A stretch of 63,420 nucleotides of DNA. It comes from Macrostomum lignano. Its lineage: Eukaryota. Of this stretch, positions 35,296-48,524 are shown piece after piece. Within the stretch, counting starts at the first letter, position 1. The number at the start of each line of letters is the position of its first letter. The stretch lies in assembly GCA_002269645.1 (NCBI GenBank), contig NIVC01002173.1, positions 92,914 to 156,333 of the forward strand, written 5' to 3'. The position numbers and the translations under genes were made by a program. The notes beneath the pieces were generated by a model. It made no database searches and was not told the origin of the DNA. It worked only from the letters and a program-made list of their open reading frames with translations.

Positions 35296-37349
35296 ATGCC
35301 GAGGCTAGCAAGTGAGTTACTAATAGGTTTAGTTTTTGTAATTTTAAACATGTAGTATAGGTTGTTAAATTTAACTGTACTTAAAAGTCGTGCAACTTAC
35401 GCACTTTGCTCATGTAAAAAAGAAACTGTTAAGCAAAACTCTAAAGAACTAATTGTGTTTATTTTGACTCCACCCTCCGGTGAGAATGCGTTATGTGTAA
35501 GATAGTGTGTAAGATCTGTTTAAGATGTGTGTGTGTGACACTAAGATGTTGTGTAAGGTAGTGTGTAAGACACATCTGGTGTGTAAGACACTAATATGGT
35601 GTGTAAGATTGTGTGTAAGACACTAATATGGTGTGTAAGACACGTGTGTAAGATAGTGTGTAAGACACTAATATGGTGTGTAAGATAGTGTGTAAGACAC
35701 TAATATGGTGTGTAAGATTGTGTGTAAGACACTAAGATTGTGTGTAAGACACTAAGATGGTGTGTAAGACACTGAGATGGTGTGTAAGACACTAAGATGG
35801 TGTGTAAGACACTAATATGGTGTGTAAGATTGTGTGTAAGACACTAAGATGGTGTGTAAGATTGTGTGTAAGACACTAAGATGGTGTGTAAGACACTAAG
35901 ATGGTGTGTAAGACACTGAGATGGTGTGTAAGACACTAAGATGGTGTGTAAGACACTAAGATGGTGTGTAAGACACTGAGATGGTGTGTAAGACACTAAG
36001 ATTGTGTGTAAGACACTAAGATGGTGTGTAAGACACTAAGATGGTGTGTAAGACACTGAGATGGTGTGTAAGACACTGAGATGGTGTGTAAGACACTAAG
36101 ATGGTGTGTAAGACACTAAGATTGTGTGTAAGACACTAAGATGGTGTGTAAGACACTAAGATGGTGTGTAAGACACTAAGATTGTGTGTAAGACACTAAG
36201 ATGGTGTGTAAGACACTAAGATTGTGTGTAAGACACTAATATGGTGTATAAGATTGTGTGTAAGACACTAATATGGTGTGTAAGACAGTTTGTAAGATGA
36301 CACTAAGATGGTGTGCTCGATTGCCGCCGCAATTCTCAGGATGGTTTCTGCTCGTCTTTCTTCTACTGAACTGCTGGTGGTCTGCCAGCTACGGCTGCCG
36401 CTCTCCGTGGCACCGCCTGGAGACGCAAAGCTGCCTGAGCGGCTCGCTGGCGCTGTGGACGAGACCGTCGGGCTCAGTCCTCGACTGCGTGCTCGAAGCC
36501 GAGCACTCGAGCGGCCTGCAGGTGGCCCAGTTCGACTCGGACACTCGCCAGTGCTCGCTCTTCCAATACACCGCAGTGTGCCACCTTATCGATGGACTCG
36601 CTGCTGCAGAGAGCTCGCAGCCCCGCCGCTGTGCCGCATTCGCCAATGCCAGAGCCGCCAAGTTCCTCACCTTGAGCAGGAAGCTCATGCTGGGTGTGGG
36701 CTCGAAGCTGAGGGCCGCCTGGGTGATGAGCGACGATGCGGACGCCAGCAGGAGCAACTTGGTGTGCGGCCAGACGCAGCAGTGGATGTCGGAGAATGTG
36801 GAGTGGAGCAGCGAGGGAGCCAAGCTCGACGGAGTGTCGTCCAAGATGTGGCTGGAGAACGTGGAGTTCGCGAACCTGCAGCAGGGTCTCACGTGGCTGC
36901 TCAGGCTCAAGCGGACTGTCCGAGTGGAGGCAACGCTGCTCGAATCCTACAACTGCGACTCCCCGGGGGATCGGGGCGCGGCGTTTTGGGACGGCTGGAC
37001 AGGCGGATGGGGCCTGTACTTCTTCAGGGTCGCTTCATCTTACTTTGAGTACTTCACACCTTCTGCCACGAACTCGTTTGACCCAAATGAATTCGTTGAG
37101 GTCGGCGTCACTTCGGCGTCTCCGTCAAGCCGCGACTTCTTGTCCAACTCCGGGTTTGTGCCGCGGTCTGCTGTGAACACCGGTACTGAGCGTACCGCTG
37201 CCGTGTCGACATATCGCTGCATCCACTTGGGATTTCGACCTGGCGACTCGGGAATGCTGAACGGCACAATGCAGGCGGTGGCCGTCATGAACGACACGAT
37301 GACGGAGGCTGAGATTAACAGCTTCTTCAGTCTGGTGCGCTTGCCCTGA
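35296..37349 (+). CDS. Intact secreted PAN/apple + LamG-like protein (2 exons)
   Basis: Exon 1 35296-35311 (ATGCCGAGGCTAGCAA|GTGAGT) splices to 36340 (TTCTCAG|GATGG), giving signal peptide MPRLARWFLLVFLLLNCWWSASYG. Then SVLDCVLEA..QFDSDTRQCSLF (PAN) and GAKLDGVSSKMWL..CIHLGF..LNGTMQAVAVMNDTMTEAEI (LamG). Confidence 0.75.
35500..36315. repeat. 20-bp minisatellite filling the intron of the PAN-LamG gene
   Basis: GTGTGTAAGACACTAAGATG with 11/12-bp subunit variants. Confidence 0.95.
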
Positions 37350-37902
37350 TATGCTGCTGCTGAGTTTTCAGTTTTCTGACACTTGAGTTGACCATTTTTC
37401 GCCTTTTGGATTTCCAATTGGGCTCTGTCCGAGGTTGACTCCCACAAACTTCTTAAGCTAATGTTAAAGATTCTGCCGGAACCGTTAAGCAGGCAGTCGT
37501 CTCTTGTGTTATTTTTTAAGCGGATTTTCTCGGATGCGCAAAGTTTTTCAATGGCAATACCCAATTCCGTTTAAATCCGTTTAAAGAAAATAACTGTATA
37601 TTTGCGATCTTGGCCCCATTATTAGAATTTCCCAAGCCAATTGTCTATGGCCCGAAATGGGTCTGTGGAGCAACCAGTTTGAGAATCTGGGTGCGCAATC
37701 CATCATCCACAATATATCCTTCTTGTATTCGCTAAGACCGCGTCATCCCATCCTCGTCACCGGTGTTGGCTTTCTGGTTTTCTGTTTTTTTGCCTCTTCG
37801 CCGTTCGCGATGGGCTTGACTCTCTCGACAGCTTTTTATACTGGTATTTCATACCATAGTAATGGCGTTTGTTCTGTCTATGGACAAATCTTGCTATGAA
37901 AC

Positions 37903-38655
37903 TATAGCTTTTTGCAGCCCATTTGGGCTTAAGCGCATTGAGTTTAATCCAAGATATGTTTGTCAAAGTAACGAAGCTTCTGTCTATGGTAGCAAGGCTG
38001 GCACAGCGGCATTTAATTTGGTCCAACAAGCATCAATTTGGTCCATTTAGTTCATTTGCAGCTCAGCCCCAGAATTGTGGACCATATGCTAGGCTGTCAA
38101 ACGAATGTCATTGGCTTGTGATCGAAGCACTCGACGGAGGTGAACACCCAAAGGACATTGCAAGGTTGCTGAATGTAAAAGAAAAGGTGGTTTACAGCAT
38201 CCAGCAGCGCGTTGAAACTCTGCCGGCAGAGATTGCCTGCGAAAGGGTGGCAATCGCCAAGGAAAGTTGCTCGAGAGCCTCAGGTCCAACTGCTACTCGA
38301 TGCAGTGGAGACGAACCCTTTGTTGACGTTTCAGAAAATGCAGCAGAAGTTGAGGGAACAGCTCCAGTTGGTTATCAGATTTCGACTATCAGCAGAGAGC
38401 TCTGGAAAAGCAACTGAAAATTTTTGGTAGAGACGCTGACATTCCAGCGGTGCGCAACAACCTGCAGACGGTTGAGAGAAGGCAAGAGTTTGTCCAATGG
38501 CTCACGAGTGTTTGGACCAAATGGATGCTTGTTGGACCAAATCAAATGCCGCTGCGCCAGCCTTGCTACCATAGACAAAAGCTCCGTTACATTGGCAAAC
38601 GTATCTTGGATTAAATTAAATGCGCGTAAGCCCAAATGGGCTTCAAAATGCTATA
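37903..38655 (+). mobile_element. Internally deleted Tc1/mariner-type transposon with ~143-bp TIRs
   Basis: TIRs at 37903-38046 and 38513-38655, TA at both ends; the interior encodes YARLSNECHWLVIEALDGGEHPKDIARLLNVKEKVVYSI (N-terminal HTH) and LLDAVETNPLLT..; no DDE domain. Confidence 0.8.
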
Positions 38656-38868
38656 TTACAAAACTGAATATAAACATTAACAGCAAGCGTGCTTGCGAGG
38701 TTGGAATTTTTGCACGCCTAAATTCTGAAATAAAATGACTCATGAGACAATGAACAGCAAGCCTTCGATAGCCTGGCCAAGGAGTTCTATAATTAGCAAC
38801 ATGGAGTGGAAACGAGTTTTTCAGTTTTATCTCATGAGCCCAGACTAGCATAGACAGAGTCAGACAGA

Positions 38869-39383
38869 GCCATAGACATTCAGTGCTGGCTCCTTATCTT
38901 TAAAATAGGCGTGGCCTCATGAGGTAAAACTTGCTTCCACTCCAGATCCAGATTGCTATGGTTATGGTCCATCTTATATTTAAGTGCGGTCACAGAGAGG
39001 GAGCAGTAGTGTCTGGCAGTGGCACCCCGTGCTTGCGTTATACACCATTTTACCCTCGATTTTGAACAAGGAGAACTTCGAAACCGACAAACTCTTCTTT
39101 AATATTGACACTATGGTCGGGCACTCAAAATCTACAATCAATATTGACAGATCAAGCTTCAATTTTGACAAACTCTAATTCAATTTTGACAATACACGTT
39201 TAGTCAACTTCTCCTGGTTTGACAGACACTCCATGGTTTGTGTACCCAAAAAAGTCCGCTTCATTTTTGACAACTGCTAATCAATATTGAACTGAGTTTA
39301 CAATCAATTTTGCCTAAGATTTAGACAATTCTAACTAAGAATCGTTAAGCTTGGAAATTTCGAGGCGGTCTTTTGTCTATGGC
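38869..39383. mobile_element. Possible MITE with GCCATAGACA/TGTCTATGGC ends
   Basis: 10-bp perfect inverted termini; internal CAAT(T/A)TTGACA repeats. Confidence 0.35.
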
Positions 39384-42300
39384 AGTTTGTTTTTTATCCA
39401 TGTCTTAAGGCAGCCTGTACCTCGAATCTAATTGGCTACTGCTTCAGTTTATCATAGATGGTTGGTCAGACCAACGTATGCACATCTTGTCACGGAGGAA
39501 TTCAAAAGAAAAGCAGTTCTCGCTCTGCTCGTGTTTGTCACTTTTAATCGCTAATCTGAAGCACTAATTTAGTCAGGCTGATTGATAGCGACGCCACTGA
39601 AGCTTTTTTGAAGAGGAGCAGAACAGCCTGGAAGCCGCAAAAATCGGTCTGTGTCCTTCCAGGACCGACAGCGCCTGATTTCTGCTCATGAGAACCGAGA
39701 GACGACTTTGTGCATCTGGCGAATCAGTTGGGGATAAAGAGGAGGAGGACCACGGCACATGAAATCGTGCAGGCGGTGCCGCAACTCCCGCTGCCCATGT
39801 CCAGATACCTAACCTAACCTAGAAATCTGACAAATGCGTGTTATTTAAAAATACGAAGTATGCAAAGCCCTAAACAAACTGCGCAAATATGCGAGCTATC
39901 GCAGTTTCATTTCCCGCTCTCTCACTTCTGCTTGCAAGCTTTTGCAAATTCGCAAAAAAAATAACGTAGTTTTTTTTTCTACGGCTCAAAATTCAAATCA
40001 ATAATGGGCATTTTAATAACTCAGTCATTTATTCGCAAAAAATATAATATTTATATATATAAGACTAAACCGCTCTTCAGCTCATAAATCATGAACACTG
40101 GAGCAACTGAGCTCACAGGATAAGCCCACAGCGGCCCCGCCAGGATTCAGTTTGAGTTATTATACTTGTCAAAAAAGCACAAGTGGAAATGGGGAGCAGT
40201 GCTGGCTACAGTTGCTGCCCAGCAGCTCTCCGTGGGCCAATTTTAATTGACTGGCTGCCAACCCTGAGACGAGCAGCTGCGGAGCCGCGCCTGCTGCAGC
40301 CGCGGTGCCTGCAGGCTGACGGGGATTTATTGGAATTTATAAATTTATAAAAAGCTGTCGTTGAGAATCTTCCCCAAGTGCCCTGGTTAGGGCCAGGGTT
40401 GTTGGGGCCGGGGGCGTGTTGTGAAGCTGAGAGACTGCAGAGGATTGAGACTGGCTCGTAGAGGGCAGAATAGCATACTTTTGACACGTTTTGGCATAAG
40501 CACGCTGTCATTGATTTGACTCAACTGCTCTGGCTTGGGGGCTTGGCTTGACTCAACTGCTCTGCAACTAGAATCTCAGTCTCAGTTGGTGTTTGAAGGT
40601 GGTGAAAATTCATGGACACATGGATCGGATCAGTAATTTATGCACACGACTGTTTATCATAGAGACAGCGCTAGAAATGGGGCCGTCAGTTGCCGTTGCA
40701 CGATAAAAACTGTTTCGGCCGCACCGCTGTGCTGAGATTCTTCAGCACTCATCGACGGTGGTTCAGAGGAGCAGCTGCGAGCCAAGTTGAAGCGAAGGCC
40801 GGCGAGAGCTGCTCATTTTCTCTTTTATCTCCCCCAAACCACCCAGTGGACTGTTAGCATGAAATCCCCATTTATCCCTTTTATCCCTCCATGGACCCCT
40901 GACTGGAATATTTCGGTTTATCAAGTCAGCTGTTCCGACCAGTTGTCGGCTCCACTCGGTCACGTCCGTGGCTGAACTTCAGGTTCCATCCCTGGTTCTT
41001 GAGTCGGTACGTCAATGCCAGAGAACAGGGAAGACAGTCAGAGACTTGCCCCCAAGTCTCCAATGCTTCCTTTCAGCTGACATCTTTTGACCCAATGTCG
41101 CTATTGAGTCATTGAAGCCTATAAAAATTGAATGAACAAGAAAATCTTTTCGATTAAAACCTACCTAAACAGTAGCAGTGGGCTGAATTCAGTTGGCCGG
41201 GTAGCAGACAGACTTTGTTTGTTCGGGAACCTAGCAGGATGAAGAATTTGTCTGCACGTCACCAATTTCATGGGGTAGTCTCTTCCATCGTCTTCCACTG
41301 CAGCGAAGCCAGCAGGAATTCTGTTCCTCAATGCCTGCAGGCCGCGGAAGTTCAGGAGGAACCGCAAACCGTCAGGACGAAGGCCGCTCGGAGGGAAAAT
41401 TTGATCCTCAGGTACAGATTTAACCCGATTCTGCCTCAACTTACGTTTATCTACGAGCTACTTACGAGCTACAGCATCTACTCGTACGAGCATTTTAATG
41501 CTAATCGCAAATACAAACCAAAGGCTGGTAGTGAATGTACCGTTTCTTCTACAAGATATAGGAAAATAATGTGTAGCATTTTTAAGAACGCGTATCTCAT
41601 TTTCGATTCTCATAAATTGCTTGACACGATGGCGTGTTGTATTTTTTTGACTCGATGAGAGAAGATAAAAAGAGCAAAAACGCAAGGCGGCAGAGCAGAT
41701 CAGTGGTTCACACGTCTGACCCGTGTCCTGGGCCGAAATACCCAGGTCCTCACGCACATGAAGGCCGATTACCATGGTATACCGTACACTGATTCACAAT
41801 GAGAAAGTCAGGGTCACTGTACACCCCTGTGTAAGTGCATTCCTGCGTTCGTATGTGTGTGTGTGCTCAGGGGTTCGAATCAAGTCCACTGCCACCTTGA
41901 TTTGCGGCGGTGCTCTCAAAAGCCCCTTGACAAACTGACTCGTGAGGCTGAGTTGTTAGTCTTTATCCAGTAGAATTCCCACCCCAAGTCGGAGACGGAA
42001 GCAGCCTGGTGAAAGAACTCCTCAGAGAAGTCAGCGTCCACTGCTCACCGGAACTACTGCTGAACTCCGAGGAAGAGTGCTAGATGAAAGTATATCGATT
42101 TATTGATATATTGATTTCTTAACTTTCTTAAATAGCTCTGTGATCTACAATCAAGAATTAACCCAGCCGGCCTCTTCTGCGCCAAGCTTTCTCGAGTGCC
42201 TGCGTTTTTCTGAGGTATTCGCGTCATGTTGTCCAATGTAAAATCCCCTTTTTCTCCGGCGTGATGACTTCTCTGTTTGTTGTTTCGCCTAGCGAAATTG

Positions 42301-44440
42301 ATCCCATTCTATTCATACTTCTCAAGTTGTACGTCGGAAGCCTTACAATCGAGATCGCTGTTGGCACACTCCGATTCCTTCTACTCGATAGAATCTTCCG
42401 CTTCTATAGTCCTTAAAAATTATGAATAACAGGACTCGAGTATTGCAAAGCTCTATGAATTTGCGAGATGCGCTGCCGCTGGGGTAGGAGTTCCTGCGTG
42501 GTCAGCAAGAGCAGGTGATTTAAACAGACAATCATGCAAAACGCATTTCCGGCATTATACGCTCGTAAATTAAACTAGCCTGTTACTACGGGGCCGATGG
42601 TGGATTTGTTGGTGTTCGTAGCTTTGCCTTGGTTGAGTTCCAGCGATTGGGTTGAAACCAGTCTTTGAGTCATTTTCCCGCTCTTTCGTGCGCGTCGGTC
42701 CGCAGGCACTCGCTGCGCTCATTAATCTTCGGCTAGCTGTCAACGCATCGCCCTAACTCGCCGTCTCGCCTTTGTCTTCTGTCTGGAATGAATGGTGGCT
42801 GCTGCAAGCTTGTCACGCTTCGGTTGCTTTCCATTGTAGGCCTTCCATTGTATTTAATTTTTTCGCTCTTGCTTCTTATGCCTCTTTATGCTTTTAATCT
42901 GCCCTTGCCTCACTCGGCGCCCCTCGGCTGGTACGGCTGTTAGGTAGAGCGGTGATGCAAAACAATTTTACGCAGGGACAAATGCACAATCAGCAGGTAA
43001 AAGCTTCTCAGTGCATAAAATCGTCAGTTGAAAAGCTGAGAGAATGAGAAGGCGAGGCAGTAAAATGCAAAATGCACACAATGACAGCTGCAAATAGCCA
43101 GACTGAGCCTTGACAAAGATCTATGCTGAAAAAATTATAACAGGATTATAACAGGCAGACATGAATATTGAAGGACGACTGCGCAAAACAGGACATTGGA
43201 TGGAATATGCCAGTGGCTACAGAACAGCTCCAGGCTTAATTTGTGCGGCTAAAATCCGTGATGCAGCTCTCACCTGCATTAGGGATCCTCGGTATTTTTC
43301 AAATGAAAAAATTGAGTTTAAAGTCTTTCAACCTATACGTAAATTAATTGACTTTTAAGGTACGATCGCATTACGATAGCTCAATCAGTACAGCAGTTGT
43401 TTCGGCACCAGGTTAAGCATGTTCGGCATTCTATAAATTATCAATATCATTCTCAATTTCAACCGGTCGTGTGCTGTCAAGAAGCCATAATTGTTATTGC
43501 AAAAGATTTCTCTTGTGTGTATTAATTATAAATTACACTAGTAAAGAATTTCAAATCGACTGATTTTAGATTTTCAACCGCAAAATAGATGACCCATAAA
43601 ATCCACAAGGACTGATCTCTGAATGTCTGCTAAAGCTGTCTTGTCCGCAATTTTACTAAAGGATGCAATGCACATCAGATTACATTTTAAGGAGTTCACG
43701 ATTGTCTTGCTAATTTGAGGGTCTTGCCGCACCCTGCTGCACCCGATGTCGTTTGTAAGCAACTGTGTTAGTCAGTTTCGTGGCTTGATCTTCAACTGCG
43801 ACTTGGCATAGCGAACGCCGCTATATTGTTTCAAACAATAGGCACAGAAGACACCCCAGTTGGAAACTGAAGCGCCTTGTCTATCTGGCTGAGGACTTGT
43901 GCGCTAGCGCCTGAAGGCCTAAATAAGTGCATGCATAAATAAATGCGGACTCTTTCCTATCATTGCAGCCGTGTGCGGCAGGGGCCCTTGGCGTGGGGAG
44001 ATGGGCAGGAATGACAATATTGATCTCAGTTAAGCTGCTGAATAGCGGCAGACAATGGCTTGCTTGCTTGAGGCTTAAAATAAGCTCGCTCAGTTAGCTG
44101 ATTCTTGGCGTCAGGCTCGATGAGTAGAGAGAATATCTAAGTATGAAGTACTACGCATATGCCACTCATCTCCGAGACCCTTGATGTGGGCCTTTCCTCC
44201 GGGTGCGAATGCTCTAAAAACGCTCTAAAAGCACCGAACAGCAGAGCCAGCGCTAGATAGAAACTTTCAATAAACAGTTAAAGCAGTTAAAGCTGCCGCT
44301 ATTTTATTTAGAATCAAGGATAGAGCACTGCGGATACTGCATCAAAATAATCTTCTGCCACCTCTATAAATATTTGAAGTAATTTCTCAAACACCTGGCT
44401 TCATAGATTGATGCCAAGCTCACTAGCGCCATAGGCTACC

Positions 44441-47400
44441 ATGGCGACCAAAGAAATGTTCGAAGAGCTGGAATATTACAAAAACTACCAGCTGGATGAA
44501 GGCGAGATCGACCTGCGCTCCTACCTGCTGGACGTGGAGCACCTGGAGGAGAAGATCCGGTCCGGAGAGTACCCCACCCCTGCCGTGCTCTCCACCCGGC
44601 AGCGAGAGAAAGGACAGCCGCCCAGAGACCCGAGCACTACGAACGAGCCGCCGTTCCCGCCGCGCCGCCGCAAGGAGGAGATCTTCAATGCCGCCGCGTA
44701 CACAGAGAAGGACGCGTACGTCAGGTCGCTGCTGCCGGAGCCTGCAGAGACGGAGGAGAGCTTTGCGGCGCGCCTGTTCCAGCATTGCAGCTCGAATCTG
44801 GACAAGGTCCGGGCTGCCTTCGTTTTTGTGAGCTCCGCCAAGGTGGACGAGTTGACAGAGGCGGAGAGCGCTTCGGAGCTGTACAGGCTGGCTAGTGGAC
44901 TTCGAGTTAACGAGAAGTTCAGTGATTTATTCAAAAAGCTCATGAAGTAAGTTGGCTTTTCGCTTTTAAATCCGATCTTTGATCTTATGAATTTGTTTAG
45001 CAAGCTTCCGATCTGTTTTTGGTATCTAAAGAGAAAATACAATTTAAATAGAAGCACACGCAGACATCTTAACTACTTGATTTTGAGATGAAAATTTTCC
45101 AAAGCCTCTGATGTACACAGTACGGTTCAAAAGCCTTCTCTTCTTTTTCATGAAAAATAGATCTGCCATCTTCGTGCATGTATTCGCTAAACCTTACCTG
45201 CTTCAGTCTCGCTGGAGTTCCTACCAAGTGCATCATCGGCTACAAAAAAGGAGTCCCGTTCAAGATCGGCTACGAGGTCACCCAGTGTACTGGCTGCTGG
45301 TTCGCTTGTTACGTTGAAGGAGAGTGGCGCTTTGTTGACCCACACTGGGGTTCCGACTGTGTTGTCGATCACAGTCACGGAGATTTCGCTAAAATAGACG
45401 ATGCTGGAACCGTGCACAGTGCGCAAAAGTCAGACGGGAAAACTGTATTTTTTGCTAGGGAGTTTTACTTTTTTCCTGATCCAGACCAGCTGATCCTTAC
45501 GCACTGCCCGAAAGAACCGGATGAGAACGAGTGGCAACTTCTCGTCTGCCCACTCAGTGTGGCTCAGTTTGAGAGGATGCCCCTCTATCCTTTTAAACGT
45601 CCTGAGTTGGCCGAAGACTTCACTACAAAAGTGAAACCCGTCAGCCATCCGTTGAATGTGATCGTGGCAGATCCAGGAAAGCTTGAATTATTTTTCCACG
45701 AATGTGACTGTGAAATCAAAATATCATCCACCGTCAGCATTCACACCAAGAACGTTACTGAGGACAACCAAGCCGCGATCAAGGCTACCATCGATCGAAT
45801 TGGATCCTTATCGAGACCTGCGAAAATGGGAAAAGGGATATTCAAGTTCATATTCGTGCCGCCATGCTCGGGAAAGTTTCTACTAACGATTTCTTTGCAA
45901 ATGCAAGCTCCCAGAAAAAGTTATTTGGCTGATTTTGTTTCGTACGTCATTCACTGCCCACGTGCGGCGAAAATCCCGGTCCCTCAAGCCAGAGGCGTTG
46001 ACCAGCCGTCATATTTTGGTCCCGGCATCGATCTGAAAAACGCGGGCCTATATACCGATGCCCCTGGAGAAATAAAAGCAAAAGGTGGCGAGAACTTACT
46101 GACTATTGAATGTCCAGACCGGATGAACTTTGTTCCTAGGTGCGAGCTGCTGGATGCTACTAATGAGAGCTCGCTGAAAAGAAATTTACTTATCTGGTCT
46201 GTTGCTTCAAAGGTTTTGATCATGTTTTTATCACCCAAATCCGGCTCGTTCGCTTTGGTGATCTACGATGACGACAAGCCGGTGTGCCAGTTTCTCATCG
46301 ACTCTCCGTCAGAGTTTCGGGACGCCAATGAATTCCCGATGCCCGACTTCGACAAGCTGGGCGGTCTGGGCTTCCTTGACAGAGAGCTGAGCAAAGAACT
46401 CCAGCCCCAAAGCCACACCAACCCGCACGTTCTCTGCGATGAGTCGACGCTGAATGTTTCGTTCAGGATCAGCGAAATCCAAGCTGAGATCCAAGCGGAG
46501 CTGCTGCACATCGTCTCGGATGGTCGGGGCGAGGTCTCGCAAGGCTACTCTCTTGTCAGCTCCCCATCCAGAGAGCAGTCGAACGTGAGCATGAGATTTC
46601 CCATCGCTGGTCACTACGTTGTGAGAGTGAACGGTAGACGCAACAGGTCGGAGTCTTGGCGGCCCTTCTGCAACTACTTCATCCGGGCTGTGGGCGAGCT
46701 CAACGGAGAAGCAGAACAGTTTCCTCAGGCGATGGAAGCCTGGAGCAGCAGAAACCAGCTGGTACTGCCAACGCAGGGAATTTTGCCGCTAAACGAGACA
46801 ATCCTTTTTGCGGTTCGAGTGAGCGACCCGAGCGTAAAATCTTTGTCACTCGATTTCAGCTCAACTAATTATCGCATTCGAATGCGCAAGAGCACGAGTG
46901 GTCTGTGGAAGAGCAAGCTCACGAGCACTGAGAACCTGGCTGGACAACCTCTCAGGATTATAAGTGAGACAGCGTCGCATTCAAACTCGTGCAAAAATCT
47001 TCTTAACTACCAGTTTGAGTCGGAGCAGGACAAGAAGATCAGGAACATCAATATCGACGCTGCAGCTGACCTGAACCAGCGCCGTAGGAGGAGCGAAAAC
47101 GTGCGTCAGAGGAAGCAGGAAAACCATCAGCGGGCGGAGAGGGCCTTGAAGCTGCTGCCCACCGATCCTGGCGAGCCGGACAGTCAAACGGTGAGTTGCG
47201 CTCGTCCGTCCGACTCAACAACGAGCCAGAGACTCTGCTGGCTATCGTTAGAGCAAAATTTATATCGCGAAGCTAAACATCCGCGTGCTCAGCTTGATCC
47301 ATGTTTGCCTATGTTTTGCAGCCTCGTGGCCTCTTAGCACAATCTCAGAGTGACCCGGCCGTTATGCTTTTAAGATAATTGGAGTGTCTCCTTGTTTTTC

Positions 47401-47822
47401 AGAAACGGAAAAGGAAGCAAAATGAGCAAAATCGAGCCCTCCTGGACAGCTTGCAAGAGTTGAGCCACCCTGAAAACAAAAGCACATTCAGCAAAAGCGA
47501 ATTCAGACTGCAGCATAAGACGGTTCAGGCGGCGCTGCTACTGTTGGGTTTCTGCGAAGACGAGACTGAGGTAGCTGGCAAATCCTGACTGATTCCTTCC
47601 TACAAACACTTAGTTTTGTATGTATCGATAGTTATGTATCGATCCCCGATACGTCAGGACTGGGACCGCTGCCGGGCCGCCATGCGGAGGTGCAAGCGGG
47701 AGCAAAGAAGGTCCAATCTGGACAAAATCAACCCGAGCATTGCCGCCAGGACGCAGGAGATCCTGAGAAATGTGGACAGTAACTATGTCAGTCACGGAGC
47801 GACCAAGTATCTTCGCAAATGG
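44441..47822 (+). CDS. KY/hillarin-like transglutaminase-fold protein with Ig-like repeats and a helical C-terminal domain, copy 1 (final exon unresolved, possibly near 48100)
   Basis: Exons 44441-44946, 45207-47190, 47403-47570, 47658-47822. LFKKLM/NLAGVPTKCIIGYKKG..WFACYVEGEWRFVDPHWG..EFYFFPDPDQLILTHCP..WQLL..FERMP. Confidence 0.8.
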
Positions 47823-48524
47823 GTAAGTGATTGGCACAGTTTAGTTACTAGCAGGCTGTTGCTACTGTCTTATTGGTAATTTGTCTGATATTCAAAGTTT
47901 TCACTAAAGGCTCAATATTCTTCTGCTCTCAATTTCATGATTGTAACGAGAGGTGCACTGTTTGATAGCTTATGCTAGTAGAGTCGTAAGACACTTATCC
48001 GAGTTTCAAAATAGGTTACAGAGTATCTAGATAGTTTTCAAGAGTCTCTAGATAGGTTACAGAGCCTCTAAATAGATGTCAGATGGATGGGTTTTCAGGT
48101 TTACTGCGGCAGCTATTGCGGTCGCTAAAGCAGTTTAGGAGTGTTCTGAGAGCTCACATAAAACTTGGCTGATAGCCAATTCATGGCATGAATTCTGTCA
48201 CCTGACGCCCACGCGCACACGCAGCTGCTAGCTGAGCCACTGCTAGCAACTTCATTGGTCTCCATCCTCTTTTTCCAGTTTTTTATAAAGATTGCCGGTC
48301 GCCCAGAGCCTGCAAGAGCTTGAAGGCGGTGTACCAAAGAATTTGAGAGTATCGGAGGATGCACAGAGTGTAGCCAGAATTTTTATTGGATCCCGACTTC
48401 TGGGGCTCCAATGAGGGGCAACAGCAAGGGACACCGGACCACCAAAGGCGCCACTTTTAAAGCGCCATTGCGGAGTACAATCTTTGAGTGCTATATTGTT
48501 GGGGGGGGGGCAAGCATTAGAGGC

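Noticed and set aside
15853-36315. CRISPR-like regular arrays
   Set aside because: Head-to-tail units with no unique spacers and no cas genes, in a eukaryotic context.
36273-36339. Start codon created by the minisatellite for the 358-aa ORF
   Set aside because: An upstream exon (35296-35311) splices in phase and gives a better signal peptide.
19499-42597. GGCCCCGTAGTAATAGG (~19500) and its near reverse complement (~42580) as giant TIRs
   Set aside because: Only ~17 bp with mismatches, no TSD, and they would enclose conserved host genes; more likely separate repeat termini.
39500-43400. Exon-like fragments on the minus strand (e.g. GLRFLLNFRGLQALRNRIP, DADFSEEFFHQ)
   Set aside because: Possibly a decayed gene, but no consistent structure or homology could be supported.
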